A stretch of 64,000 nucleotides of DNA from Acidobacteriota bacterium. Its GTDB lineage: Bacteria; Acidobacteriota; UBA890; WLXD01. Both the position numbers and the translations under genes were made by a program. Where the stretch lies: contig CBDBHB010000008.1 in the NCBI GenBank assembly GCA_965205505.1, positions 768,001-832,000 of the forward strand, written 5' to 3'. Below the pieces are notes generated by a model, which was not told the origin of the DNA, did not search any database, and was given only the letters and a program-made list of their open reading frames with translations. Below, one piece after another: positions 30,636 through 41,790 of the stretch (positions are counted from its first letter, which is position 1; each line of letters begins with the position of its first letter).

Positions 30636-32174
30636 TCAGGCCTGCCGCGCCTTTCGGCGGCGCTTTCTCTTGCGCGGCACCGGACCCGCAGCGTTCCCGC
30701 CAGTCCCTCGCGTCACCGGGGTAGGCACGTACGGTAGCTCTTCCTGCGACTCGAAGCCCGACGTGATCAGGCGCTCCAGCTCGGCTACGATCGCGGCATC
30801 GGTGTCGAGTGGCTCGTACTTGGCGAGTCGTTCCTCGACCTCGTCGGCAGCCCGCTCAGGAAGCTCCTTGCCGCCCTGCTTGATCCAGGCCTCGCGGTTC
30901 TCGCGGTCCACGACGGGGCTGGTGAGATAGAGTTCCTGCGGCCAATGCTCGAGCGTGTGCTCAGCGGTGATCAGGTGGTTTTCCGCCATCAGCTCGGTCG
31001 CCAGGTGGGCAACCGGCAGGTCGTCCAGTGTGCGGATCTCACGCACGAAGTGGAGCGCCTGCCCACACATCTCATCGTCGAACACGAGCTTCGCGAGGCT
31101 GAAGACGAGCACGAAATCGAGCATCCCGGGACCCGATACCGAGTTGACACCGGCCAACGCCGCCAGCAACGCCGACCCGAACGTCTCGGCGCCCGCCTGT
31201 GCATCGAGAAGCTTGCCATCGCTGAGCGCCATGTACGCTTGAGTGGGCAAGTCGAGTGACTTGGCAACGGCAACATAGGCAGTATCCAGCTGCAGCGCTT
31301 CGATCGCCGCCATCGGCGCGCTCGCCGCTTTCATGTGGAAGGTCGCCGGTGCCCCTCCGAAGATTACCGGTGTCCCCTGCCGAACGATCTGGGCCATCGT
31401 AAGCCCCGCGAGCACGTCGATGGTGTGAAACACCGTCGCCCCTACCAGCGTCACCGGTGCGATAAGCCCCATCAGGGTGACCGGGACGATCTCAACCGGA
31501 ATTCCCCGCTCGGCACAGTCGATGATGTTCTGGCACGAGTCCTCGCCATAGCGGAAGTTTCCCGTCGCGGTGATCGTGAAGATCGACATCGGGCGTGCCA
31601 TCAGATCGGCCGCGTCGTCGCGGAACAGCCGCATCATGTCCGCCATCCGAGGCACACCGTGTTCCGTGAAAGCTCCCGACACCACCGGCTTGCGGCTATT
31701 GGTCAGACAAATATAGAGCCGCCACGCATCGGAAACCTGCGCCTCGATGTCGTCGTTGGTGGAGAACGCAGTGGCAAGATAGGCAATGTTCGTGAGCCCG
31801 TCGCACAACCGGACGTACTCGGTGAAGTCGGTGGAGTTGGCTAACCGCGTCTCGCCGGTGCGATGGTCCAGGACTTTTAGTCCGCTCGAGCCCGGAACAA
31901 AGTGCACGTTGTTGCCGCCAATCTCCGTGTAGGCAGAACCGTGCCGATCAAACAAGGTGAACGACTTGGGAATGCTGGCGATCGCCGCCTCCACCACGTC
32001 CGCCGGGAACAGCACCCGCTCACCGGAGGCATCGAGCGGCAGGCCATGATCGAGCAAACGCTGCCGCATCGCCAAGCCCCGAATCTCCATGCCGGTCTCG
32101 GCCAGAAACCGCTTGGCCTCGTCGAGGATCTGCGCGATGAGATCATCGCTCAAGATGTTCAGCGTGGGACGCAT
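30636..32174 (-). CDS. Trimethylamine methyltransferase (MttB) superfamily protein, non-pyrrolysine member
   Basis: [50 protein letters not shown]. No internal TAG; Leu precedes SDGK. Confidence 0.9.
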   Translation of the reverse strand: MRPTLNILSDDLIAQILDEAKRFLAETGMEIRGLAMRQRLLDHGLPLDASGERVLFPADVVEAAIASIPKSFTLFDRHGSAYTEIGGNNVHFVPGSSGLKVLDHRTGETRLANSTDFTEYVRLCDGLTNIAYLATAFSTNDDIEAQVSDAWRLYICLTNSRKPVVSGAFTEHGVPRMADMMRLFRDDAADLMARPMSIFTITATGNFRYGEDSCQNIIDCAERGIPVEIVPVTLMGLIAPVTLVGATVFHTIDVLAGLTMAQIVRQGTPVIFGGAPATFHMKAASAPMAAIEALQLDTAYVAVAKSLDLPTQAYMALSDGKLLDAQAGAETFGSALLAALAGVNSVSGPGMLDFVLVFSLAKLVFDDEMCGQALHFVREIRTLDDLPVAHLATELMAENHLITAEHTLEHWPQELYLTSPVVDRENREAWIKQGGKELPERAADEVEERLAKYEPLDTDAAIVAELERLITSGFESQEELPYVPTPVTRGTGGNAAGPVPRKRKRRRKARQA

Positions 32175-32225
32175 TGATCTATCTCCCGGCACTTCACCGA
32201 CGGTGGGCCGCCGCTAAGCCTACCG

Positions 32226-33566
32226 GTGCCCACGCGTGACGGCAACGTCGGCTCTGCTAAGCTGTTGCGGTTGAGATCTTCTGCCGAACCGAACTCGAAT
32301 CGAACCCTGCTGGCGCGCGCCACGCTGCTCCCGGCGCTGCTGCTCGCATCGCTGGTGGCAGCGGCCGCGACGCACGCTGTACAGCAGGATGCCGACGCCT
32401 GGCCGCAGCTCCTCGGGCCCCGGCGCGACGGAACCGCCCCCGCAACCCGGGTCGCCGTGTGGCCGGAGGGCGGGCCGCAGGTGCTCTGGAGGCGCGACGT
32501 AGGCGAGGGCTTCGCGGGTCCGTCGGTGGCGGCTGAACAGCTGTTCCTGTTTCACCGCGTCGCAGATGAGGAATTGCTGGAATCTCTCGATCTGGCTACA
32601 GGCGCAACCAACTGGAGAACTTCATACGCCACCGACTATCGGGACGACTTCGGCTTCGACGAAGGGCCCCGGGCGACACCCACCGTGGCGCAGGGGCGAG
32701 TGTTCACACTGGGCGCCCAAGGCGAGCTTCAGGCGGTCGATCTGACCACCGGCCGGCGGCTGTGGTCAGTCGGTACGCACGCACGCTTCGGAGTTCGCAA
32801 AGGGTTCTTCGGCGCCGCGTCGGCGCCGTTGGTCGACGGCGATCACGTCATGGTCAACGTAGGTGGCCCCGGCGCCGGAATCGTCGCGTTCGATGCTGCC
32901 AGCGGCGAGGTCCTCTGGGCAGCTACGGATCACGAAGCCAGCTACTCGGCGCCCGTGACTGCGGATCTCGGGGGGCGCCACAGCGCGCTGTTCTTCACCC
33001 GCAACGGCCTCGTCGAGATCGACCCGGCGAGCGGCCAGGTGCGCGCCGACTACCCATGGCGCTCACGCTCGCGATCATCGGTGAATGCCGCGAGTCCCCT
33101 CGTAATCGGTGATCGCGTGTACCTCTCTGCTAGCTACGGCACCGGTGCTGTGCTCCTCGAGCGTAGCGCTGTGGGTTTCATGCCGGTGTGGTCGTCAGAC
33201 GACGTCCTGACGAATCACTATGCCACCAGCATCCATCACCGCGGCTACCTCTATGGCTTCCACGGTCGCCAGGAGTACGGGCAGTCGCTACGTGCCGTCG
33301 AGTTGAGCACCGGAAAGGTAGCCTGGGAGGTCGAGCGCTTCGGTGCCGGCACCCTGCTGCTTGTCGGCGACCGGCTGCTCATCCTGCGTGAACGTGGCGA
33401 GCTGGTGCTGGCCGAGGCTACGCCGGAAGCGTTTCGGCCCTTGGCTAGCGCTCGCATCCTCGATGGAACGACACGGGCCTATCCGGCACTGGCGAACAAC
33501 CTGCTGTTCGCCCGAAACGGGAGTGAGCTCATCGCAGTCGAGCTTCCCTCTCCCCCTTCGAGCTAG
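32226..33566 (+). CDS. Secreted PQQ-like beta-propeller repeat protein
   Basis: WPQLLGPRRDG, GPRATPTV, repeated D/ExxTGxxxW; start codon uncertain. Confidence 0.85.
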   Translation: MPTRDGNVGSAKLLRLRSSAEPNSNRTLLARATLLPALLLASLVAAAATHAVQQDADAWPQLLGPRRDGTAPATRVAVWPEGGPQVLWRRDVGEGFAGPSVAAEQLFLFHRVADEELLESLDLATGATNWRTSYATDYRDDFGFDEGPRATPTVAQGRVFTLGAQGELQAVDLTTGRRLWSVGTHARFGVRKGFFGAASAPLVDGDHVMVNVGGPGAGIVAFDAASGEVLWAATDHEASYSAPVTADLGGRHSALFFTRNGLVEIDPASGQVRADYPWRSRSRSSVNAASPLVIGDRVYLSASYGTGAVLLERSAVGFMPVWSSDDVLTNHYATSIHHRGYLYGFHGRQEYGQSLRAVELSTGKVAWEVERFGAGTLLLVGDRLLILRERGELVLAEATPEAFRPLASARILDGTTRAYPALANNLLFARNGSELIAVELPSPPSS

Positions 33567-33629
33567 CAGGACACAACAAAGCTGCGCACCAGCCGGAGCC
33601 GGACGGCTCCTTCCGGTACACGGGCAACG

Positions 33630-34334
33630 TTACTCACCTAGTGGCCTGCGGAACTTCAGCGCGAAACGGTCGATTGTCCAGCGGCTGCCCCGGAAGCTCT
33701 GGTCGAAGTCGTCGTCAGGATTGGCGTACATCTCCGAGCGCTCTACCAGCTCGAACCCGGCCGCGGTCAGAACGTCGACCACATGCTGCTCGTTGATACG
33801 GTGGGTGCTGTCGTCGAAGCCTTCCTTCGGTGTTCGCGCATCGACAACGCCGAAGATCCCGCCCGGCTTGAGCGCGGCGAGATACGACGCATAGACCGGA
33901 CCGGTGTCGCCACGGTTCTCGATGTCGTGGATGTTCCGAACCGTGATCATCACGTCCACGCTCCCCGCCATTACGTCGGCGAAGTCCGTGAACACCTCCA
34001 CGTTTGACAGGCCAGCGGCCTCGACGCGCTCCGCAGTGCTGCCGCGACGGTCGGGACCAGCCAGTACCTGCCCGTGCTCCACTATCAGCGACAGCACATG
34101 GGTGTTGTAGCCACCTCCTGGCATCAGATCGACGACCGTCATGTCGGGCTCGACGCCAAAGAACTCGTAGAGCTCCAGAGGCTTGCTGCCGGAATCACGC
34201 TCGCGGTCTGCGTCGCTTCGCAGCGGGTCATCGAGAGCGCTCTGGCCTTGCGCCAGCCCGAGCGTCGCAGCGACGGCAAGTGCCACTACAGCGACCGTCG
34301 GCGAATGAAACTGTATACGGCTCTTCCAGAACAT
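33630..34334 (-). CDS. Secreted class I SAM-dependent methyltransferase-like protein (COG4798-type)
   Basis: Signal peptide, DRERDxxxKP, FFGV...VVDLMPGGGY, RNIHD, LKPGG, ANPDD, DRFALKFRRP. Confidence 0.8.
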   Translation of the reverse strand: MFWKSRIQFHSPTVAVVALAVAATLGLAQGQSALDDPLRSDADRERDSGSKPLELYEFFGVEPDMTVVDLMPGGGYNTHVLSLIVEHGQVLAGPDRRGSTAERVEAAGLSNVEVFTDFADVMAGSVDVMITVRNIHDIENRGDTGPVYASYLAALKPGGIFGVVDARTPKEGFDDSTHRINEQHVVDVLTAAGFELVERSEMYANPDDDFDQSFRGSRWTIDRFALKFRRPLGE

Positions 34335-34518
34335 TGCATCTGCTCCACTACGATGGGGATCGATCGAACGAGCCTATCTATCCCACACATGACATACAAC
34401 GCCAAGCGAGACCATGTGGCGGGCGACGGCGCATCGTTCACGGCGTGGCGCTGAGGCGGGCATCCAGACGCCGGAGGCGGCCGGCATCGCGCGCTCATCC
34501 AGCACGGTGGGTTTGCGC

Positions 34519-36687
34519 CTACTCGCCGATACCCCAGACGTGCCCGAGCGTGCGCACGATGAGCATCCCTTCGGTGATCGCGGGTGTGGCCCAGATCACT
34601 TCGTTCATCTCGTTGCTCGCCAGCAGCTCGTACTCCGCCCCCGCACGCACCACGTGTACGGTGCCGTCCTCGCTTGAGAAGTACAGTAGCCCGTCTGCAG
34701 CCACCGGCGAAGCGACGTAGGAACTGCCCACGCCCGCGATACGGCTGCGGTAAAGCATCTCGCCGGTGACCGCATCGTAGGCACTGAGACGACCGTTGTT
34801 GGCGTTGGTGTAGAGGATGCCGCGGTACAGCATCGGCGAGGGTATGTAGGTGCCACCGCGATTCTTGCTCCAGGCAATGTTCTCGTTGGTGTCGGAGTCG
34901 CCGCGGAGCGAGATGTCACCGCTGCCGCCGGGTCGAATGGCGTAGATCGGGCGCACCGGGGGATACCCGGCGGTGACGTATACGAGGCCGGGTCCGGTGA
35001 TCGGGGTGGCGACCACGATCTCGGAATTGGGCCCTAGCGACCACAGCTCTTCGCCGTTCCGCGGGTCGTATCCGCGAATTGTGGTGCCGTTGGTGATGAG
35101 CTCGTCGCGAGGTTGGCCGCGGTAGAGCGCCGGCGAGCCCCATGTCGAGATCTCGTCGCGCTGGGTTCTCCAGACCTCCTCGCCGGTAACGATGTCGAAC
35201 GCCGCCAGGAAGGACTACTGCTGCACGTCTGCTTGCACGATCACGGTGCCCTCGTACAGCACCGGTGAGCTGGCGTGACCCCACTGGTAGTCCGGGTCGT
35301 AGAACCAGCCGGAGTCGAGCGCGCCGAGGTCTCGCTCCCAGTCGCGGTTGCCGTCCATGCTGTAGGCGACGAGCTTGCCGACGCTACCGAACAGCACCAC
35401 CACGTGCTCGCCGTCGGTAACCGGTGTGCTGTTGGCCTGGCTGGCCTTGGGGTGACGCTTGACGCTGGGTAGGCCTTCGTGCGTGAGGTCTTCCCACAGG
35501 ACGCGACCGCTGAGCCTGTCGAGGCAGTAGGTCTTGAACTCGTGCGCTGACAGATCGTCGACCGGCGTCACGTCACCGTACAGACCGGTGCGCACGGTGT
35601 CGTCGCCGCTGCTGCTGACCGCGGTGGTAACGAACACGCGGTCGCCCCAGACGATCGGGCTGGAGTTGGCGACACCAGGAACCGGCGTCTTCCAGCGCAC
35701 GTTCGCCCCCCTCGCGACGTCCCACCTCAGCGGGGGGCCGTGGCCGTCGCCGATCCCCGATGCTCCGGGGCCGCGAAACGACGGCCACTGTCCACTGGAA
35801 GTTACTCCCGGATCCCCGCCGATGTCGGCTACGACCGGCGGCGCTGCGGCGGGCCGCCGGCCGCCTCGCATCAAGTCCGCCTCGTCCGGGTCCACGGGCT
35901 GCATCCCGAGGTCGCGCTCGCCAACCTGGAGCCGCGCGAACTCCACCACGCCGGCGCGTCCTCCGAAGCTCAGGGTGGTGGAGCCGTCGGCGCTGTCGAA
36001 CCTATCCGGCCCAGTAGCGGCGACCACGATCTCGCTGCCGTCGCTCGAGTTGACAGCAAGTCCTGAGCCACGCACCGCCACTTCAACGATGACGCCGGCG
36101 TCTTCGTCGCGGTACATCCCCACGTAGCGCTCGAGCTTCTCGGCGATGATCTCGAAGTCGCTGTCGGGCTGTGGATCGAACACCGCCGCGGCGCGTAGTG
36201 CCGCGACCGTCTCGGTGCGCTCCAGCTGCACCGCCAGCTCGACGGCGCGATCGCGTTCGGTGCGCGGCAACGGGCCGGCCGCGATCGCCACCGCCTCGAG
36301 TACCGCATCGTCGTTCTGGATGGCATTCAAGAGGGCTTCGACAGCGCCGTCGGCGCTGTGTTTGAGTAGCAATTCGGCGACGTCGGCGTGACCGTTCGAC
36401 AGCGCCCATCCCAGCGGGCTCGCACCGTAGAAGCTGTCACTACGATCGGGATCCGCGCCTCGTGCCAGCAGCAGGCGCACGATCTCGACGTTGCCGCGAT
36501 CGGCAGCGAAGAACAGCGCCGTCGATCCGTACTCGTTCACCGCGTCGACCGGCACGCCGGCCTCGAGCAGCTCGAGAACGCGCTCGATGGCGCCGTCACG
36601 CGCGGCGGCGTGCAGCGCCTCGACATCCTGGGGCGCTGTCAGCCACCCCGGGACCAGGGCGAGCAACAGCAAGGTGCGAGCCAGCAT
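34519..36687 (-). CDS. Secreted ankyrin-repeat plus PQQ-like beta-propeller fusion, interrupted by one in-frame TAG (35215-35217)
   Basis: Ankyrin repeats (GSTALFFAADRG, GASPLGWA), then WPSFRGP and SSPIVWGDRVFVT. The frame continues past the TAG as SFLAAFDIVTGEEVW to the stop at 34519. Confidence 0.8.
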
Positions 36688-36915
36688 TCCGTACTCCCCG
36701 CAAATCGACATTGGGTGGTCGGCTTCCGATCGTTCCGCGAACTTGTGACGGCATCAGGCCAGGCGGATCTCCTCCTACTCCTCCAGGCTTAACGGCCAGT
36801 CCTTCTTGACTGGGATTTCCCGAATGACCTTTGTCGAGTCACGTTCTTGGGTTTTTGTCGGTGCCAGCAGGCCAGGATTCACACACATGTCCACAGTCTT
36901 GTCGAGAGGTCCTCG

Positions 36916-36968
36916 TCTCGCGTGGTGAGAGCCGATCTATTCCGCTAGGCTGAGCAGCCTTTGCGGAG
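36916..36968. repeat. Repeat R1 copy 1 (double hairpin)
   Basis: TCTCGCGTGGTGAGAGCCGATCTATTCCGCTAGGCTGAGCAGCCTTTGCGGAG; near-identical to 41995-42049 and 48541-48586. Confidence 0.95.
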
Positions 36969-37028
36969 GTAGCAACATGGACATCATGCCGATGGCTGCG
37001 ATGGGACGTTCCCTTTGTTGTTAGTGCG

Positions 37029-37532
37029 TTGAGTCGAATCCTAGCAACCGTAACGTGCTGCTTCGCGGCAATCTGCGGCGCCCCAGCCGAAGAGTTCGAC
37101 CCTGTACGCATCGACCGCTTCGAGCACGAGATTAGGCAGTGGTGTCCTGACGGCGAGAATGTAGATATCGTCGACCAACTGTACTTTTTCGCCTGGTGCG
37201 ACGACGGATGGCCAGCCGACCTTTTCACTATCTACCTGAGGAACGACACCCTCAGCGACTTCCACGGATCGATCGCGCTGGAGTACTACGACGAGGAGGG
37301 CTACCGCGTCGACGGAGATACTCTCTCGTCCGTCATCAATAGTCATGACGATCCGAGGTTCATGTCCGGATTTCCGTGGGAGTGGGTAGAGGTAGTGGTG
37401 CCGGCACGCGAAAGAAACATCATTCAGATAATGACAATCACTGACGAAGAGACCGGAGAGACCGCGGACGAGTACATGGCGCGCAAGGGCTACGCATCCT
37501 GGGGCCTCCGGTTGAGATCGGACGAACTATGA
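37029..37532 (+). CDS. Hypothetical acidic protein (start uncertain, possibly ATG 36977 with frameshift)
   Basis: 167-aa ORF with coding-like composition. GGAGGT-n6-ATG at 36977 lies in another frame. The stop overlaps repeat R3. Confidence 0.55.
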   Translation: MSRILATVTCCFAAICGAPAEEFDPVRIDRFEHEIRQWCPDGENVDIVDQLYFFAWCDDGWPADLFTIYLRNDTLSDFHGSIALEYYDEEGYRVDGDTLSSVINSHDDPRFMSGFPWEWVEVVVPARERNIIQIMTITDEETGETADEYMARKGYASWGLRLRSDEL

Positions 37533-37567
37533 CCCCGACCACCTACCGAGCCCTCTGCCCGGGAGCC
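37529..37567 (+). repeat. Repeat R3 copy 1 (copy of the first codons of the XRE gene at 42197)
   Basis: ATGACCCCGACCACCTACC identical to 42197-42215; variants at 46081 and 47179. Confidence 0.85.
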
Positions 37568-37730
37568 ACGTGACCGACGACGAAGCAGGCCAGAAGCCCG
37601 AGCGCCTTCTGAACACGAACGACCATGGCTCCAGTTCTACTCGCGGAGGTCGTGCATCTGGGCGCTCGCCGCCCCATTGGCGTCGGTGTGTGGCTATCAA
37701 CGAGCGACGCAATCTACGATATTTAGTCTT

Positions 37731-37838
37731 TGACTATCTATTAAGAGATTGTGCTATCTATTAAGATCTTGTACTATCTATCTATAGTTTATAATATATG
37801 TTTCGCGATTTTTAGATAGTCAGATAATCTCTTAATAG
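37731..37838. repeat. AT-rich tract with three tandem 20-bp repeats and inverted partial copies
   Basis: TGACTATCTATTAAGAGATT / GTGCTATCTATTAAGATCTT / GTACTATCTATCTATAGTTT at 37731, 37751, 37771. TATAAT at 37790. TAGATAGTCA (37813) and AATCTCTTAATAG (37826) are reverse complements of parts of unit 1. Confidence 0.85.
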
Positions 37839-37844
37839 GATCTA

Positions 37845-38954
37845 ATGAGCCAAGCTATCTCTCATGCAGTCCTGATCGTCGATGACGATGCAGCTATCTG
37901 CAAGATCGTGAGCCGGACGCTCGAGGCGAACGGCTACCGCTGCGTGGTTGCCGACTCCGCCGAAGGCGCGCTCGAGTTGTTGGATCACGACGGGTTCTCG
38001 CTCGTGATCTGTGACGTCCTCATGCCGGGCTTGTCGGGGCTGGAGTTCCTGGAGCGGATTCGCTACCGCTTCCGCGAGGCGCTTCCCGTGATCATGATGA
38101 CGGGGATGGCCGACAAAAAGACCGTCGACGAGATCATCGAGAGGGGCGCGTACAACTATCTGCACAAGCCTCTGGACCTGCACGCCCTCGCGGTCAACGT
38201 GAAGCTTGCCCTCAAGCAGCGGCAGTTCAGCTTGCAGGCCGTGCGCTCCCAGAGTGCCCTCGCCGAGAAAGTTCAGGTGGCGCAGGAGGAGATCGGCTGG
38301 CGGCTGCTGCGGGCGGCGGAGTGGCGCGACGAGGCGACGGGCGCGCACGTTCAACGCGTGGGATTGGGCTCGCAGATGATGGCGCAGAAGCTCGGATGGG
38401 AGCCCCGCGCCGTCTCGGACATGAAGCTCGCGGCTGCCATGCACGACATCGGCAAGATCGGGGTTCCAGACCGGATCCTGCTGAAGCCGGGGCGGCTGAC
38501 GCGAGAGGAGTTCGAGGTCGTCAAGAGCCACACCGAGATCGGGCACAGTATTCTCGGCGGTGCCAGCTCCTCGCTGCTGATGCTAGCTGCCGAGATTGCC
38601 CTGTCGCACCATGAGAAGTGGGACGGCTCGGGGTATCCGAGGGGACTGGTGGGCGAGGAGATTCCGGAGTCCGGCCGGATCGTCGCGATCATCGATGTTT
38701 ACGACGCCCTCATTTCCGACCGTTCCTACCGCAAGGCGTTCGCTGAGGAGAAGGCCATCGAGAGTATGAGCGGATACTCAGGACAGTACTTCGACCCGTC
38801 GCTATTCGGCGTGTTTCTGGGGATCCTGCCGGAGTTTCGGGCACACAGGGCCAACGGCCGGCTGTTTTTGACGTCTCCGAGCCTAGCGCGCCCCGAGCCG
38901 AGCCCACCGCCCGAGGAACACGATGTGGCCGCAGGGCTGGGCCGGGTCGCCTGA
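37845..38954 (+). CDS. Response regulator with HD-GYP phosphodiesterase domain (RpfG-like)
   Basis: REC domain (VLIVDDD, DVLMP, KP); RDEATGAH, HDIGKIG, HHEKWDGSGYP, DVYDAL, FDP. Confidence 0.95.
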   Translation: MSQAISHAVLIVDDDAAICKIVSRTLEANGYRCVVADSAEGALELLDHDGFSLVICDVLMPGLSGLEFLERIRYRFREALPVIMMTGMADKKTVDEIIERGAYNYLHKPLDLHALAVNVKLALKQRQFSLQAVRSQSALAEKVQVAQEEIGWRLLRAAEWRDEATGAHVQRVGLGSQMMAQKLGWEPRAVSDMKLAAAMHDIGKIGVPDRILLKPGRLTREEFEVVKSHTEIGHSILGGASSSLLMLAAEIALSHHEKWDGSGYPRGLVGEEIPESGRIVAIIDVYDALISDRSYRKAFAEEKAIESMSGYSGQYFDPSLFGVFLGILPEFRAHRANGRLFLTSPSLARPEPSPPPEEHDVAAGLGRVA

Positions 38955-39047
38955 ACCCTGCGGTTGGGTGATCGGGATCGGCAGAAAAGACTGATCGTTT
39001 TCAGCCGAAGGGCGCGATCGGAATCAGCCGCGACATACGCAGGGCTG

Positions 39048-41647
39048 TCACGCTGCCTCGAGCGCCTGCCTGACGGTCTGGGCCAGCTTCTCAGGCGTGA
39101 AAGGCTTCTCGAGAAGGGGCACATCGAGATTCAGGGCGCCGTATCCGCTGATGGCCCGCTCGGAGTACCCAGTCATCAACACGACTTTCAATCTAGGCAT
39201 CGCTTGCACCATCTCCTGGTACATCGCGATGCCATCCTGGCCCGGCATGACGATGTCGGTCACGAGAAGGTCCAACTCGGGATGAACGGCCTGTAATTCG
39301 TGCGCCTCCGCCGGGCTGGAGGCCACATGTACCGAATACCCCTTTTCGATCAACACTCGCTCCGCGACGTTGCGCACTATCTCGTCATCCTCGACGAGCA
39401 GGACCGTCTCAGATCCGGCCGGCGCCAATCCTTCTTCGGGATCAACATTCGCGTTGACTGCTTGGTCGGCGCGCGGCAGGTAGATCGTGAAGGTAGAGCC
39501 TTTGCCGGGGGCAGATGTGACCGTGATGTTTCCCCCATGCTGTTTGACTATGCCGTAAGCCGTCGACAGCCCAAGCCCCGTCCCTTCGCCAACTGCCTTG
39601 GTGGTGAAGAACGGATCGAAGATTCGTTCCTTTACATGGCGGTCCATCCCGCAACCTGTGTCGGTGACCTTGATTATGGTGTAATGGTCGGAACTCAGCT
39701 CGCAGGCAACGGACGTTCCTTCGTCGAGGGCCACGCTCTCCGTCTCGATCCGCAGCTTTCCGCCGCTCGGCATGGCATCGCGGGCATTGACAACTAGGTT
39801 CAACAGCACCTGCTCGAGTTGGCCACAGTCAGCTAGAACGGTTCCAACATCTCCGCTTACAGTGATTTCCAGTTCGATGTTTCGGGGATCACTCGCCGCA
39901 GCAGGCTCGTGAGTTCTTCGATCACGACGCCCACGCGCACCGGAACCGGCTGCATGACTTGTTGGCGAGTAAACGCCAGAAGTTGCCGCGTCAGCGCCGC
40001 AGCCCGGTCAGCACCCGCACTGGCCTTGCGAAGATCTTGGGCGATCGTACTGTCTTCCGGGAGATCGGAAATCGCGAATTGTACAAAGCCAGTGATGCCG
40101 GTCAGCAGATTGTTGAAGTCATGAGCGACTCCGGCCGCGAGCTGCCCCACGGCTTCCATTTTCTGGGACTGGCGGTAGCGTGCTTCCATCCGCTTGCGAT
40201 CGGTGATGTCGCGGAATATCCCGTGGTACGCGAAAACTCGGCCGTCTGCGTCGTTCAACATCGTCGCCGTCTCCAAGCAGTCGAGTTCAGCTCCATCTTT
40301 CGTGCGCAGCTTGATCTCGAACTCCCTGACGGATCCTCGTTCCGCAATCGCATCGAGGAACCGGGTGCGTCTGAGCGGGTCGACGTACAGGTCGGATCCG
40401 GTCATCAGCATGATCTCGTCGCGCCGGTAGCCGGTCATCTCGAGCATGGCATCGTTGAGGTGGGCGAACTCGTCGCTGTCGTTGGTGACGTAGATCGCGT
40501 CCCGGCACTGGTCGAAGAGAGTCCGGTATCTCCGGTCGCTTCTCCCTTGCGCGACCTGGGCGTGCCGGCGCTCGGTCTCGAGCAGTTTCTGTTGAACTTG
40601 CGCCAAGGCGCTGAGGATGATCAGGAACACAACAACGCACGCCGCGCGCAGCGGCTCGAAAGAGACATCCAGAAAGCCCGCCAGGTAGACACTGAGGTGA
40701 ACGGCGGGCAAGGCGGTTGCGTAAAGCACCAAGGGGGCCTTGAACTGAGGTTGCTGAGGCGACGGGCTCAGCTCACCGCCTCGCACATGGTCTTGCCCAT
40801 TCCCCGGCAGCGCGTATCGGCTTATCCGTGCCGCCAGGACTATCGGCACGTAGGCGGCAAGACCGATCGGCACGTCCAACCTCAGGTCGATAAACCCCGC
40901 TGACGCGAGAAGCTGTACGAGATCGATCCCGGACCACATGCCGCAATAGGCTGCCAGCAGGCCATAAAGCAGCCTCCAGCGTGGCCTCCCACAGACGTTG
41001 CGAAGATGGAGAAGACTCGCCAGCAGTAGGATATCGAAGATCGTGTACATCATGGACGGCGATACCCAGGTGTCATACTCGTGGGCGTTCTGCGCGCTGG
41101 GAATGATGACGAAGTACATGAACAGGCCCAACGAGAAACTCAGGGTGCCGAGGATTTCGACCCGTTGACGAGAGGGGGCCGCACTCAACCGCGCCGGCAG
41201 GTGCGGGCTCCTGGAGATCGCCAGGAAGAACGCGGCGTAGAAGACCATCAGCAGACAGTCGGCAGCGATATCCCTGTGTATCGGCGATACGTCGAACAGG
41301 AGCAGTGGCACGAGTACGTAGATGATCTCGACCGCGCACCAGCAGCCGAAAGCCACGCCGAGCAACCTCCAGAACTGTCGCTCCCGCCGATGAGCGATCT
41401 TCCCCGACCGATAGACCAAGGCCACGACGCACAGGAGGCTCAGGCCAATATCTGCGTAATAGTCTGAGAAGTTCGCGAGCTGATCGCTGCCGACGATCGG
41501 CGTGAAGAACGGCACGGCGAGCAGGGCAAACACGACGACGGAGATTCGGATCCCCCAGTCGGCAACGAGCATGGCGCGCAGCCCGCGAGGCATGGTGCTC
41601 AGCCGACCTCCTTGCTCAGACGTCGGGCTTCCTTGCGTGGTTGGCAC
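39048..41647 (-). CDS. Membrane-bound PAS hybrid sensor histidine kinase (apparent single-base frameshift near 39880)
   Basis: Multi-TM N-terminus, PAS/PAC (RDITDRK), QKMEAVGQLAAGVAHDFNNLL. The next frame gives QLEQVLLNLVVNARDAM, FDPFFTTK, GTGLGL and a C-terminal REC. Adding one A to GAAAC restores PENIEL. Confidence 0.9.
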
Positions 41648-41694
41648 TGAATTCGCCTGCCAGTTGGGAATTCGCCATAGCTTGAAGTCACACA

Positions 41695-41790
41695 GTATTG
41701 TTAATACATACTATAGACTCAATATAGATTGCTATACTTGTTATTACATATTAATAATTATCAAAAGTTACTTATGATCACTTTCAATCG
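41695..41790. promoter_or_regulatory. AT-rich tract upstream of the hybrid kinase with 13-bp direct repeat
   Basis: TTGTTAATACATA (41698) and TTGTTATTACATA (41738), 40 bp apart, in strongly AT-rich sequence. Confidence 0.6.

Noticed and set aside
30636-32174. Pyrrolysine-containing MttB or genome-wide TAG recoding
   Set aside because: The MttB frame has no internal TAG, and many genes end at TAG at family-typical C-termini.
30610-32211. 14-bp imperfect inverted repeat (GCGGCCCACCGWCG) flanking mttB, suggesting an invertible segment
   Set aside because: Short, GC-rich, with one mismatch; no invertase nearby; compatible with chance.
36916-36968. R1 as a tRNA/tmRNA 3' end (standard attL/attR)
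   Set aside because: No GTTCGA T-loop, acceptor stem or CCA on either strand.
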